Assembly: GCA_013824265.1 (NCBI GenBank)
Contig: PNNO01000001.1
Location: forward strand, 178,149-242,148
Direction: 5' to 3'
Length of the DNA stretch: 64,000 nt
Source of the DNA: a bacterium
Lineage (GTDB): Bacteria > Patescibacteriota > Gracilibacteria > UBA1369 > PNNO01
In this document: piece after piece, positions 10,786-20,935 of the stretch
Numbering within the stretch: position 1 is the first letter of the stretch
Layout of the letters: every line of letters begins with the position of its first letter
Position numbers and translations under genes: made by a program
Notes under the pieces: generated by a model
The model's database searches: none
What the model was told of the DNA's origin: nothing
Seen by the model: only the letters and a program-made list of their open reading frames with translations

Positions 10786-11088
10786 ATGAAAGCTAAAGAG
10801 AAGAACACTGCCATACTAAACAGATATCTTGCTATCTGGTCTATACCAATAATCATCCTATTAATAGGAATTTTGTGGTTTGGTCATTGGGAAAGTCATC
10901 CAGAAATAAATATACCGGAAAAGGTTATTACAATTTTATTTCTCGCAAATTTTCCTATATTAGCCATATTATCAATAAGCATTAAGAAAAATATCCCGCT
11001 TCTGATTCTTAATGGTATTGTCCAAATCATAGTCACATTCGTATTCAGTGCAATTGCCTCAATGATGGTAAATGGAATGTGGATTTAG
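10786..11088 (+). CDS. Small membrane protein (~3 TM)
   Basis: Three hydrophobic stretches; ATG just after the attC-like site. Confidence 0.65.
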   Translation: MKAKEKNTAILNRYLAIWSIPIIILLIGILWFGHWESHPEINIPEKVITILFLANFPILAILSISIKKNIPLLILNGIVQIIVTFVFSAIASMMVNGMWI

Positions 11089-11150
11089 ATCGGGGTTTAA
11101 TTGCTCCTGCGAAGCAATCAAGCGGGACAAATTTTTAAATTCAAAGCGTT

Positions 11151-11612
11151 ATGAGAATTCGTTTAGCAAAAGATGTAGATTATGCGGCAATCGCTCGTCT
11201 TCATCGTCAAACAATTCGCAATATAAACTCAAAAGATTATACGGAAGATCAAATTAATGCTTGGTCGGCTCGAACCAATGCGGAACGTTTTCGTAGCAAT
11301 GCAGATAAATGCAAACGATGGGTAGCAGTTCAAGATGACAAAGTGGTCGGATTTTGCGATCACAGTTTAGATGGTGAATTCTGGGGGTTGTATGTCCACA
11401 AAGATTTTATTGGTAAGGGCATTGGTTCTCGCCTCCTCAAAACCGCTGAAGACTCACTCAAAAAAATGGGCTTTAAAAAAGTTCATTTGAAAGCCACGGT
11501 CACAGCAAAAGAATTTTACAAAAAACATGGATATAAGGTCATAAAAAAATTTTTGCACCCTATAAATAATGAAAAACTGGAAATCTTTGACATGGCCAAA
11601 ACGCTTTCTTAA
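11151..11612 (+). CDS. GNAT family N-acetyltransferase
   Basis: LYVHKDFIGKGIGSRLL, A.EFY.KHGY. Confidence 0.92.
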   Translation: MRIRLAKDVDYAAIARLHRQTIRNINSKDYTEDQINAWSARTNAERFRSNADKCKRWVAVQDDKVVGFCDHSLDGEFWGLYVHKDFIGKGIGSRLLKTAEDSLKKMGFKKVHLKATVTAKEFYKKHGYKVIKKFLHPINNEKLEIFDMAKTLS

Positions 11613-11635
11613 AAATTTATTTAATCTTTAGTCTT

Positions 11636-12031
11636 ATGAAGCTCTATCATGGATCGCCAAATAATTTTGACACAATTCATAATAGTCAGGCGCAGGCCGG
11701 CGATTGCATTAATGTACCTGACGACGAATTATTAAACGCCATTTACCTAACCACTAATTATAAGTTTGCCTTAGCCATCGCCTCAATGCCGGAAGGCGCT
11801 GCTGATATTGATGAGGCCACCCGAACAATCAAGTTCGAAAATTCCGAAGCATTCGACCCGGAAAAAGAAGTTTATGTATATGAAATCGATAGTGAGACGA
11901 TCCCAAAAGAAAATTTAAAAAAGATCGATGAGCTTCAAGTTGCTGTTTTAAACACCACCGAACTTAAGCCGACAATAAAACATATACACAAAGCTGGAGA
12001 TGTTGAGAAATATTATGAAATAAAAAAGTAA
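11636..12031 (+). CDS. Hypothetical protein, possible ADP-ribosyltransferase fold
   Basis: LYHGS...AIYLT...FA...VYVYEI pattern. Confidence 0.5.
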   Translation: MKLYHGSPNNFDTIHNSQAQAGDCINVPDDELLNAIYLTTNYKFALAIASMPEGAADIDEATRTIKFENSEAFDPEKEVYVYEIDSETIPKENLKKIDELQVAVLNTTELKPTIKHIHKAGDVEKYYEIKK

Positions 12032-12046
12032 AAGTTGAATCGACTA

Positions 12047-13105
12047 TCAATAATGCTCTTTAATAAAATTAGCAGCAAATTGATCTGCAAAATTCTCTTT
12101 TGGTAACTTCCTATAAGCTTCTTCTTGATCATATACAATTTCATCTACTTTCCCTTCACTAATTTTTTTTTGTATTTCAATAGGCAAATCATCAATCTCG
12201 TTCTGATCAATTTTATGTCTTAGAATAGATGGATTTATATTCGGAATTGGCAAACTACTTGTTTCTGCTTGGCCTCTCTGAGTCCAAAGATCTGCTCCAT
12301 CCTTTTGATTTGCGTAATTTTTAATATAATCATAAGCATGACCAATCTCATGTAAAAAAATGAAAAGTCTCAATAATTCCGGAGTCATATTTTCTGGTTC
12401 AATTTCCAACATTTTAGCCGCTACCTCAGCTGATAATTTTCTTTTTTGCATTAATTTTTTGTAATGTTCAATACCAACATTATCTGTAACAACTACTATT
12501 GAAATTTGACTATCAAAACCCCTTGGATCTTCAAAATAACCACCTGTGTTTAACAAAGTTTTATTTTCTGACGTCGTTTTCGATTTAATATTTAATTGTT
12601 GTAACTCCGGATATTCATTCCTTAATATCCCCCAAGCCTTTTTAACATCAACGCCGGAAGTTTCAACAATTTTTTCCTGCATTCCTTGTTTTAAGCTACC
12701 TTGCATTCTTTTTAATTCAGCTTCTAAATTATTCACTGCCTCTTCTTGAAATTTGCCTTTGATTTCTAGCATTGTACTTGCCCAACGCCGAAAAAAACCG
12801 ATAGCTTCTTCATAAGATTTCCTAACATCATCATTCCATTTCTTTTGTCTTAAACTTTCAAAAACTTTTTCATATATTTTTTGCAACAAAGATTGTGCTT
12901 CAGGTAAATTTCGCTGTTCAAACAGTGTTTTCCTAACTTCTTCCTGACTTGAACTTGGGTCGAATTTATTATCAATGGTATCATTTGCTTTTCCTTTAAT
13001 AGACCCCACAATATCACCATATACACAAGTTTCATGCCCTGGTTCGCATGATCTATGGTCTTCCTTGGGAACTTCTCGCCCATAATCAAAATCTTTGGTA
13101 CTCAT
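12047..13105 (-). CDS. Putative zincin metallopeptidase-domain protein
   Basis: FLHEIGHAYD (HExxH) and downstream E..AD.FA. Confidence 0.6.
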   Translation of the reverse strand: MSTKDFDYGREVPKEDHRSCEPGHETCVYGDIVGSIKGKANDTIDNKFDPSSSQEEVRKTLFEQRNLPEAQSLLQKIYEKVFESLRQKKWNDDVRKSYEEAIGFFRRWASTMLEIKGKFQEEAVNNLEAELKRMQGSLKQGMQEKIVETSGVDVKKAWGILRNEYPELQQLNIKSKTTSENKTLLNTGGYFEDPRGFDSQISIVVVTDNVGIEHYKKLMQKRKLSAEVAAKMLEIEPENMTPELLRLFIFLHEIGHAYDYIKNYANQKDGADLWTQRGQAETSSLPIPNINPSILRHKIDQNEIDDLPIEIQKKISEGKVDEIVYDQEEAYRKLPKENFADQFAANFIKEHY

Positions 13106-13292
13106 GATTTTCTTATTATCATATTATTTTAACATATTTTTTACTATAAACCAACGTGCTAAACCAAAAACAAGTCGTTTCAAACCATATCTAAAATCCT
13201 GCCCTAAAAACAACAATCTTCAACTTTCTTTTTATTTATAATTGGAAAGCGAATACAATATGATTACATAAAGGTAATAATAACGTATATAA

Positions 13293-14441
13293 ATGCCTAA
13301 AAGTATGATAAATATACCCATCGTTTTAATTGTTTTAATAGCCATTATCGGGCTTTGGTCGGTTTGGGGATTTTTTGGCTCCCATGTTGAGCAGGCCGAC
13401 TATACCGTAGTGAAGAAAATGGATGGCTACGAGGTAAGAGAGTATCCGGCGCATATCGTGGCACAAACAACAGTGCAGGGCTCTTTTGAAGAATCCCTAA
13501 ACAGCGGCTTTAGCATTGTGGCGGGTTATATTTTTGGAGGAAATACAAAGAAAGAAAGCATTGCCATGACCGCGCCCGTGGTAGCTCAAAAACCGGACGG
13601 CGCCAAAGTATCGGAAAGTATCGCGATGACGGCACCTGTAATAGCCAAAACCGAAGGTGACTCGCAGATAATATCTTTTGGTATGCCTCGCTCTTATACG
13701 CTTGAAACATTGCCAACACCAAATGATCCCAGAGTAAAAATTGTTACTGTTCATGCCAAAAAATATGCAGTGATGAGATTCTCCTGGTATAGCTCGGATG
13801 CATTAATTAAAAGTACGCAAGAAAAATTGCTTTCAGCGCTTGCCCGCGATGGAATTGAAACACAAGGCAGTGCTTCATATGCAGGATACAATGCGCCGTG
13901 GACTCCGCCATGGATGATACGTAACGAAGTATTAATTGAGATAAAAGACACTATGACAAAAAAAATAGTATTGGCCGGCGGTTGTTTTTGGGGCATGGAA
14001 GAATTGATTAGAAATCAACCGGGAGTAATAAACACCACGGTAGGATACACCGGAGGCAAGGTGGAAAATCCAACATATGAAAATCATGAAGGCCATGCCG
14101 AAGCGGTTGAAATAGAATATGATCCTAAAAAAACTTCATATAAAAACCTGCTGGATTTTTTCTTTCAAATTCACAATCCAACAACGTTGAATCAGCAAGG
14201 CAACGACATCGGCACTTCTTACAGGTCGGCTATTTTTTACGGAAATGAGGAAGAAAAGAAAGAAGCGGAGAATTTTATTGAAATCGTAAATGCGTCAAAA
14301 CGATGGGAAGGCGCCGTGGTTACAACATTGGAAGCACTTCAAAAGTTTTATCCGGCGGAAGACTACCACCAGGATTATTTACAAAAAAATCCCGAAGGGT
14401 ATACATGCCATGCCATTTATTTCGATAGTTATCTAAAATAA
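13293..14441 (+). CDS. msrA: SOUL heme-binding domain fused to peptide methionine sulfoxide reductase MsrA
   Basis: [29 protein letters not shown] (SOUL) then [27 protein letters not shown] (MsrA). Confidence 0.9.
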   Translation: MPKSMINIPIVLIVLIAIIGLWSVWGFFGSHVEQADYTVVKKMDGYEVREYPAHIVAQTTVQGSFEESLNSGFSIVAGYIFGGNTKKESIAMTAPVVAQKPDGAKVSESIAMTAPVIAKTEGDSQIISFGMPRSYTLETLPTPNDPRVKIVTVHAKKYAVMRFSWYSSDALIKSTQEKLLSALARDGIETQGSASYAGYNAPWTPPWMIRNEVLIEIKDTMTKKIVLAGGCFWGMEELIRNQPGVINTTVGYTGGKVENPTYENHEGHAEAVEIEYDPKKTSYKNLLDFFFQIHNPTTLNQQGNDIGTSYRSAIFYGNEEEKKEAENFIEIVNASKRWEGAVVTTLEALQKFYPAEDYHQDYLQKNPEGYTCHAIYFDSYLK

Positions 14442-14445
14442 TCTT

Positions 14446-15207
14446 ATGAAAAACATGTTTATGAAAATCCTCACGTTGGTGGCCTACATCGCCATGGTAA
14501 CGGTAAATTTTTTGGCTAACTCACTGCCAATAAATAATCGCGGTACAGGTGAGATATCTAATGCCTACCAAAATCTTTTTGCGCCTGCGGGAATCACATT
14601 TGCTATTTGGGGGTTGATATACCTTTTGCTTGGCGGATACACAATTTATCTGTTTGTAAAAAAGAATAAAAAAACGGAAGAGTTGATTAAAAAAATAAAC
14701 CCTCTGTTTATAGCCACTTCGCTTGCCAATATCTCATGGATTTTTGCATGGCATTACGATTTCATCTGGCTGTCTTTAATCATTATGGCGGTTCTACTTG
14801 TACTGCTTATTAAGATCGCCGACATTCTTAGAATCGAAAAGTTTAAATCACTGGAAAAACTCTTAATTTTAACGCCTTTTAGCGTTTATTTCGGCTGGAT
14901 AACAGTGGCTGCGATTGCAAATGTAACAGTATTTTTGGTAAGCCTTAACTGGAACGGATTTGGCATTGCCGACTTCATATGGACAAGTATTATTTTGCTT
15001 GTGGGAGCCTTAATCGGAATTTTGCGTATGAACAAAGATAAAAATATCGCCTATGGGGCCGTACTGGTTTGGGCATATTCCGGAATACTGTTCAAACACT
15101 TGTCCGATGGTGGTTTTGGCGGACAATACACGAGCATTATCGTCACAGTTATTGCATGTTTGGTTTTATTTGGATTTTTTATTGGAGGACTTGTTTATAA
15201 AAAATAA
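14446..15207 (+). CDS. TspO/MBR-like multi-pass membrane protein
   Basis: FAPAGITFAIWGLIY, N..WIFAW, YFGWITVA..AN. Confidence 0.7.
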   Translation: MKNMFMKILTLVAYIAMVTVNFLANSLPINNRGTGEISNAYQNLFAPAGITFAIWGLIYLLLGGYTIYLFVKKNKKTEELIKKINPLFIATSLANISWIFAWHYDFIWLSLIIMAVLLVLLIKIADILRIEKFKSLEKLLILTPFSVYFGWITVAAIANVTVFLVSLNWNGFGIADFIWTSIILLVGALIGILRMNKDKNIAYGAVLVWAYSGILFKHLSDGGFGGQYTSIIVTVIACLVLFGFFIGGLVYKK

Positions 15208-15238
15208 AATTAGCCATTCCACAAGGTAATCAGACACT

Positions 15239-15736
15239 ATGATAAAAATTGTTGAATACAAAAACAATAAAAAGGTACTTGTAAAACTCATCGAAGAATT
15301 ACAAGATTATTTGATTCAAATGGATCCATTAAAAAGATTGAGGAGATTGCCTGAATACGGAGAAATTTATACAGACAACCTTTTAAAAAAGGTTAAGAAG
15401 TATAATGGCATAATTTATATCGCAGAAATCGAAAATCTTCCCATTGGTATGGTAGCCGGTATTATTGAAGATTATACAAAGAATGATGAAATCGAATCTA
15501 TACCTTCAAAACCGGCAAGAATACTGGAACTGATTGTAAGCGAAAAATACCGTGGTAAAAATATCGGGTCGCTTTTAATGCAGTCAATAGAGGTGTATTT
15601 TCAAAAACAAGGTTGTGATATTATCCGCATTGAAGTATTCGCACCAAACAAAAAAACGCACGATTTTTACCAAAAACTCAATTATCAAGATCGCGTTATA
15701 GATATGGTCAAAAGTTTTCATAACAGCATAATATGA
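15239..15736 (+). CDS. GNAT family N-acetyltransferase
   Basis: LIVSEKYRGKNIGSLLM, N....FY.KL.Y. Confidence 0.9.
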   Translation: MIKIVEYKNNKKVLVKLIEELQDYLIQMDPLKRLRRLPEYGEIYTDNLLKKVKKYNGIIYIAEIENLPIGMVAGIIEDYTKNDEIESIPSKPARILELIVSEKYRGKNIGSLLMQSIEVYFQKQGCDIIRIEVFAPNKKTHDFYQKLNYQDRVIDMVKSFHNSII

Positions 15737-16509
15737 ACATAAAAACTTTAATTAACTGGAAATTATATTTCTTATTATTGGCGGCAAGCGTAATTTCCAT
15801 TTTTGCTGTCATGCCTTATGTATTAACAATTCAAGGAGAGGTATTAAAAACTCTCCCGATGTCATTAACTTTGGTGGTCCTGATTTCGGTAATCCAAAGC
15901 GCGGTACTCTTTGCGATTTTACTGTTCATCGGATTAAGACTGTCGAAAAAACTGGGATTACAAATCCCAATTCTTGAAAGTTATATCGCGAAAAAAAGGG
16001 TTGATGTCAACGTTAAATCAATTATAAAAATTTCCGTATTGCTTGGAGTTTTATCCGGAATAGCAATAGTTTTATTTGATTTTTTCTTTACCAAGCTGGG
16101 CGTAAATTTAATGGGACAGGCTCCCGTTCCCGTCTGGCAGGGATTTTTAGCTTCTTTCTACGGTGGAATCAGCGAAGAAATCGTGATGAGATTATTTTTT
16201 ATGACCTTTGTAGTCTGGCTGGTTAGCAAGTTAATAAGACCAAAAGGCAAAGTGGTTGAAAACAATTTAGTGATGTGGTCGGCAATTATTCTTGCCGCAC
16301 TTTTGTTTGGTATCGGACATTTACCCGTTACGTCTGCATTAACAACTTTAACTCCATTGGTGATTTTTCGTGCTCTTTTACTAAACGGAATCGGAGGCGT
16401 GGTCTTTGGTTGGCTTTACTGGAAAAAAGGGCTGGAATCAGCCATGATCGCTCACTTCTCCGCAGACATAATATTGCATGTATTACTCCCTTTAATTTTA
16501 TTATTTTAA
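15733..16509 (+). CDS. CPBP/Abi (CAAX protease-like) intramembrane metalloprotease
   Basis: EEIVMR, FGIGH, AMIAHF motifs. Confidence 0.9.
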   Translation: MNIKTLINWKLYFLLLAASVISIFAVMPYVLTIQGEVLKTLPMSLTLVVLISVIQSAVLFAILLFIGLRLSKKLGLQIPILESYIAKKRVDVNVKSIIKISVLLGVLSGIAIVLFDFFFTKLGVNLMGQAPVPVWQGFLASFYGGISEEIVMRLFFMTFVVWLVSKLIRPKGKVVENNLVMWSAIILAALLFGIGHLPVTSALTTLTPLVIFRALLLNGIGGVVFGWLYWKKGLESAMIAHFSADIILHVLLPLILLF

Positions 16510-16518
16510 TATCAAGAA

Positions 16519-17853
16519 ATGCGTAAAATCCCCGTTGTCATATTGGCTCTGTTTTTAAGTTTAGGCTTTATTACGCCAACTTTAGCTGTGGACGTAACTT
16601 TCCCTCAATCGAACTTTTTCCTATATTTGGGCGTTAGAAATACAGAGGCTGATCCAATGGCCGGGGCAAAATCGGAAAGAATTTTGTTTAGTTCTGCCAG
16701 CGTTGATATAAAAAGCGAGAAAATAACGGCTGACCGATTAATCCCAATTAATTTCGCCAATGGAAATCAGAGTTTTAACGGAACTGCCGGTATAAAAATG
16801 AATGGAGATTATGACAAAAGTGACGGCCGATTATCGGGCACTTTTACAATTACACTTAATATGACAGATGTCTGGCACGGAGGTGTTTCCGATATCAAAT
16901 CCACCTGGGTTGCTGAAACTCAAGGTACCTTTACCGGCCAAGTAGTTGAGGATCAGGTTATAATAAAATATAAGGGCAATACCAACGAAGAAAGACAACA
17001 AGGAATGGCTGACGGCTCAGTGGAAAACAGCCCAAGCTCACTTGCGTATAATTCCGTCGTTGTTTGGCGTTTAAGTGAGTATGGTGCGCCTGAAGTTTCC
17101 GAGGAACCAAATCCGGCTGATGAAATTCCGGTTGATTCCGGAGCAAGATTTTCCGGTATGACCGGGCAGGTGGAATGGAGAGCGGACGATGATCCTGACG
17201 GATGGAAACTGTGCAAATTGGGAGATAAACTTCCTGTTTTTGCGCATATTCGAACACAGGAAGGTAGTAGTGCCATTCTTAGCTTCTCGGACATGTCTAC
17301 GTTTGTATTAAAGCCGGAATCCGAAGTGGTTATCGATACCCCTCCTGAAAAAGAGAGCAAAATTAAACTTGTTGCCGGAAATATTTGGGTGAATGTTAAA
17401 AAAATGGTCGAGGATGGCAGTATGTCGGTAGAAATGAATCAGGCTGTTTGTGGTATTAAAGGAACCACATTTACAGCCAGTGAAGTTAATGGCGTTTCGG
17501 AAATTAAATTGATTGAAGGTGAAATTTCAATTAAGGCGTTAAACGGAAATGAAACTATTGATATTATTGGCGGAGAAACAGTAAAAGTTGATAATTCCGG
17601 AAAAATTGTAAAAGATAATTTTGATATTCTGGCAGAACAAAACACCTGGGACAACGCAGAGCAAATTGATTTTGCCTTGCTTGAAAAATCCCTACCATCT
17701 GAACAAATAGCTACTCCGACACCCGTTAACGGCACGGTACCCGCAGATAACAAGGCCGTTCCTTCAACCAACCTTTACCTCGTATTCGGCGGAGTAATTC
17801 TTGTTGGAGGCGTTTTGACATTTATTTTGCTCAGGAAAAAACAAATAAAGTAA
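16519..17853 (+). CDS. Exported FecR-domain protein with C-terminal membrane anchor
   Basis: Signal peptide; IRT...S.A.L.F.D.S...L; A.CGIKGT.F; C-terminal TM followed by RKK. Confidence 0.7.
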   Translation: MRKIPVVILALFLSLGFITPTLAVDVTFPQSNFFLYLGVRNTEADPMAGAKSERILFSSASVDIKSEKITADRLIPINFANGNQSFNGTAGIKMNGDYDKSDGRLSGTFTITLNMTDVWHGGVSDIKSTWVAETQGTFTGQVVEDQVIIKYKGNTNEERQQGMADGSVENSPSSLAYNSVVVWRLSEYGAPEVSEEPNPADEIPVDSGARFSGMTGQVEWRADDDPDGWKLCKLGDKLPVFAHIRTQEGSSAILSFSDMSTFVLKPESEVVIDTPPEKESKIKLVAGNIWVNVKKMVEDGSMSVEMNQAVCGIKGTTFTASEVNGVSEIKLIEGEISIKALNGNETIDIIGGETVKVDNSGKIVKDNFDILAEQNTWDNAEQIDFALLEKSLPSEQIATPTPVNGTVPADNKAVPSTNLYLVFGGVILVGGVLTFILLRKKQIK

Positions 17854-17860
17854 ATTCAAA

Positions 17861-17886
17861 GGGCCCGGACTTATGCGTCTGGGCCC
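17861..17886. terminator. Hairpin between convergent genes
   Basis: GGGCCCGGAC/GTCTGGGCCC stem. Confidence 0.65.
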
Positions 17887-17892
17887 CGGTTT

Positions 17893-18213
17893 TCAGGAAG
17901 CAAGTTTGAAATATTTTTTTGCCGAGAATCGACCAGTGCAAACCTTGAGGTTTATTTGGTCGCCGGACATGATAGAGTCATACTTTTCTTTGCAAACTTC
18001 AAGGCTTGCAAGTCCATCCTTGGATGAGAAAAAGATGACTCCATAGGCGGATGAATTGCGGTTTGTAGCTAGCGCTTGAAAAGCGCAGAAAACAGGGGGA
18101 TCCAATTTCGGGTCCGGTTGCAGTGGGGTCTTCAATTTCGCGACCACAACAACCGTAACTACACTTTTCTTCACGCCAATTCCGTCAACCCAGCTGGTAA
18201 TCCATTCAAGCAT
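17893..18213 (-). CDS. Hypothetical protein
   Basis: ORF with purine-rich RBS-like GAAGGAAGG before the ATG at 18213. Confidence 0.5.
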   Translation of the reverse strand: MLEWITSWVDGIGVKKSVVTVVVVAKLKTPLQPDPKLDPPVFCAFQALATNRNSSAYGVIFFSSKDGLASLEVCKEKYDSIMSGDQINLKVCTGRFSAKKYFKLAS

Positions 18214-18424
18214 GGCACACCTTCCTTCTCTCTTGGTTATAGTTATTTCAAATATCTTCCGTTCCAAAAGAAAATTGTCATTAACCGTTAAAACAATATT
18301 CAAATTTGGGTCACATCAAACCACACCGTTGATTCCGCGTCAAGGATGGTTTGCCACCAATGTTTCTTCAGCGTATTATGCTCCTGGTTAAAAGCGTTCT
18401 AACTTCAACATTTAACAAATCACC

Positions 18425-18916
18425 ATGGGAGTTAAAGACTATCTTCAAAAAGCCAGAACCACAAAATCAACACGCATTTGGCTTATTATTTTGTTGCTCG
18501 TAATAGTTGCTGTGCTTTATTTCTTCGGCCTCCTTAAAAAAGGATTCGCCATTGGAATTGGCATAGTACTTTTAACCGCTCTTGGACTACAAGTATTCGA
18601 CTACGATCTTGATTTGGGAACACTTTGGAGAACCGGAAGTATTGATGAATCACGCGTACAATACACGGATGATGGCATTAAAATCATGGGAACATGCGTA
18701 AAACCTGCCGGAAGCACAAAAGAATATGATTTAAATTGCAGCAACTTTACCACCCAACCCGAAGCACAGGCAAAATACGATTTATGTGCAAATGAAATAG
18801 CTTCATACAACACCGGAAAAACTGAATCTCAGATTAAAAATTTGGACATCTACGGCTTGGACGGAGATAAAGACGGAATCGTATGCGAGGCACTTCCGCA
18901 ACTCCCACAACAGTAA
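18425..18916 (+). CDS. Membrane protein with Excalibur calcium-binding-like domain
   Basis: 2 TM; NCSNF.TQ.EAQ...LDGDKDGIVCE. Confidence 0.75.
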   Translation: MGVKDYLQKARTTKSTRIWLIILLLVIVAVLYFFGLLKKGFAIGIGIVLLTALGLQVFDYDLDLGTLWRTGSIDESRVQYTDDGIKIMGTCVKPAGSTKEYDLNCSNFTTQPEAQAKYDLCANEIASYNTGKTESQIKNLDIYGLDGDKDGIVCEALPQLPQQ

Positions 18917-18943
18917 AAACAATAAATTTGTAACTTAAATTTT

Positions 18944-19534
18944 ATGGCGGATCAGACCCTACTATCTTTGCTTGGTAATTTTATAAAGGAAGACACAATA
19001 AAGGCAATCGGTAATACTGCCGGAACCGACGTCCCTCAAACAAAAACAGCGCTTCAAAACGCCCTTCCGGAACTTATTGCCGGACTTTCAAAAAACTCAA
19101 AAACAAAAGAAGGGGCGGAGTCTTTAATGAACGCACTAAACGATCACAACGGATCAGCATTAAACAATTTACCAAGAACAATAAAAAGCAGTGACACCCA
19201 GACCGACGGAGCAAAAATCCTTGAACACGTTTTCGGTGGAAATCAGTCGGCCGTAGTGGAAAATGTGGCGACAAAATCAGGAATATCCACCTCAAGCGCA
19301 AGCGGAATTCTACAAACAATAGCTCCCCTCTTTTTGGAAACTTTGGGAAAAACCAAAGATGAGCAGGGACTAACTTCAAACAACATTTCCGGCGTTCTAT
19401 CCGGACTACTCAACAATCAATCGGGAGGATCTTTCCTTTTAAATTTGCTTGATCAGGATAAAGACGGAGACTTTAAAGACGACCTTTTTTCAATGTTTAT
19501 TAACTGGATAAAAAGTATATTCATTAAAAAATAA
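18944..19534 (+). CDS. DUF937 family protein
   Basis: ALP.LI.GL.KN, DG.KIL.HVFG, LDQDKDG. Confidence 0.8.
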   Translation: MADQTLLSLLGNFIKEDTIKAIGNTAGTDVPQTKTALQNALPELIAGLSKNSKTKEGAESLMNALNDHNGSALNNLPRTIKSSDTQTDGAKILEHVFGGNQSAVVENVATKSGISTSSASGILQTIAPLFLETLGKTKDEQGLTSNNISGVLSGLLNNQSGGSFLLNLLDQDKDGDFKDDLFSMFINWIKSIFIKK

Positions 19535-19545
19535 CCAAGCCACCA

Positions 19546-20403
19546 ATGAACAAGAAACTATCCTTATACGTCTCACTTTTAGTCTCAATTTTAATTATGT
19601 CGGGCTGCCAAAATGAGCCGGTTAAAACAGAGAGTCAGGATGATACGAACACGGTTCCTCAAAATGAGTCAGTTGTCGTTCCTCAAAACAAACCGACAAC
19701 AGTCACAATTTTGGTCCCAAGCGACATAGAAAGCTACCAGTCCCAAATGACCGAGTATGTACAAACCGGAGAAGGAACGGATCCTTTGCAAACAACAAAG
19801 TTCGTTAAAAAAGAAATAACCGTTGAGAAAACCGAAGACGTTATAAGAGCAAGCGCGCAAGCCGCGGCAGCCGAACTTAAAATAGGAGGACCTGGACACG
19901 CATCAGTTTCATATCTCGAAATTGCGGACAAAACGGCTTATGTACTGCTTGATATCGACCTTGATGGTTGGGCCGGCGTATCGGTAAGCATAGCTCAGGT
20001 TCATCCTCTTGTTGAAAAAACACTTTTGCAGTTCCCAGAAATTGAAAAAGTTGTTTTCGGTAACGCGCCGGAAGAAGGAACCACGACTGAAGAAAAACCG
20101 TCTCTAACAACAAAAGAATGGGAGTGGGTAGACGCCAACAAACCGGGTCTTTTTATACTCTCTTTTAACGACGAAAAAAGCTTTTCAGCAAAAACGGATT
20201 GCAACAATATGGGCGGACAGTACACATTAGACGGCAACTCCCTTACTTTCGGCGATATGTACTCCACTTTAATGTACTGCGAAGACTCACAGGAAAGTGA
20301 GTTTAGCGCGCTTCTCGGGAAAGTAACCGAATACAAATTCACAGACGATGGCAAACTTGTCTTGTCTTCAACAAAAGAACCGGAATTGATGATGTTTAAA
20401 TAA
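19546..20403 (+). CDS. Lipoprotein with C-terminal META (HslJ-like) domain
   Basis: Lipobox MSGC; TDCNNMGGQY, STLMYC. Confidence 0.8.
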   Translation: MNKKLSLYVSLLVSILIMSGCQNEPVKTESQDDTNTVPQNESVVVPQNKPTTVTILVPSDIESYQSQMTEYVQTGEGTDPLQTTKFVKKEITVEKTEDVIRASAQAAAAELKIGGPGHASVSYLEIADKTAYVLLDIDLDGWAGVSVSIAQVHPLVEKTLLQFPEIEKVVFGNAPEEGTTTEEKPSLTTKEWEWVDANKPGLFILSFNDEKSFSAKTDCNNMGGQYTLDGNSLTFGDMYSTLMYCEDSQESEFSALLGKVTEYKFTDDGKLVLSSTKEPELMMFK

Positions 20404-20407
20404 TCTT

Positions 20408-20935
20408 ATGAAAAAACTTCATCTCCCTCAGTTTCGTCAAACTTACAATTATGATTGCGGAGCAACAGCTCTTCAGTCAATCTTGGCATATTACGGGATT
20501 GAAGAAAGGGAAGATAAGATAATCAAGATTGCAAAAACAACCAAGGACGGCACCACTATCCAAAATATAATAAAGGTAATTAAGAAATACGGATTAAAGA
20601 CCAGTTCAAAAAAAATGACAATCGAAGAAGTAAAAAAATATATCGATAAAAAAATTCCGGTAATCCTGGTTTTGCAGGCATGGACACACAAGAAGAAGGT
20701 TGATTGGGAGAAAGACTGGAAAGATGGGCACTACACAGTTGCAATAGGATACACAAAGGAAAGGATTATTTTTGAAGATCCGGCACACTTGGGAAGCACG
20801 TATCTTACATACAAAGATCTTGAAAAAAGGTGGCACGATATGGACACGGAAGGCAAAAAGTACATAAACCACGGCATAGCCGTGTTCGGAAAGAAACCCG
20901 AATACAACCCGGACAAAATAATCCACATGGACTAA
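20408..20935 (+). CDS. Stand-alone C39 family cysteine peptidase
   Basis: Q....DCG...L, GHY.V..GY, EDP. Confidence 0.85.
   Translation: MKKLHLPQFRQTYNYDCGATALQSILAYYGIEEREDKIIKIAKTTKDGTTIQNIIKVIKKYGLKTSSKKMTIEEVKKYIDKKIPVILVLQAWTHKKKVDWEKDWKDGHYTVAIGYTKERIIFEDPAHLGSTYLTYKDLEKRWHDMDTEGKKYINHGIAVFGKKPEYNPDKIIHMD

Noticed and set aside
20408-20935. C39 peptidase as a bacteriocin/RiPP locus
   Set aside because: No ABC transporter domain or double-glycine precursor nearby
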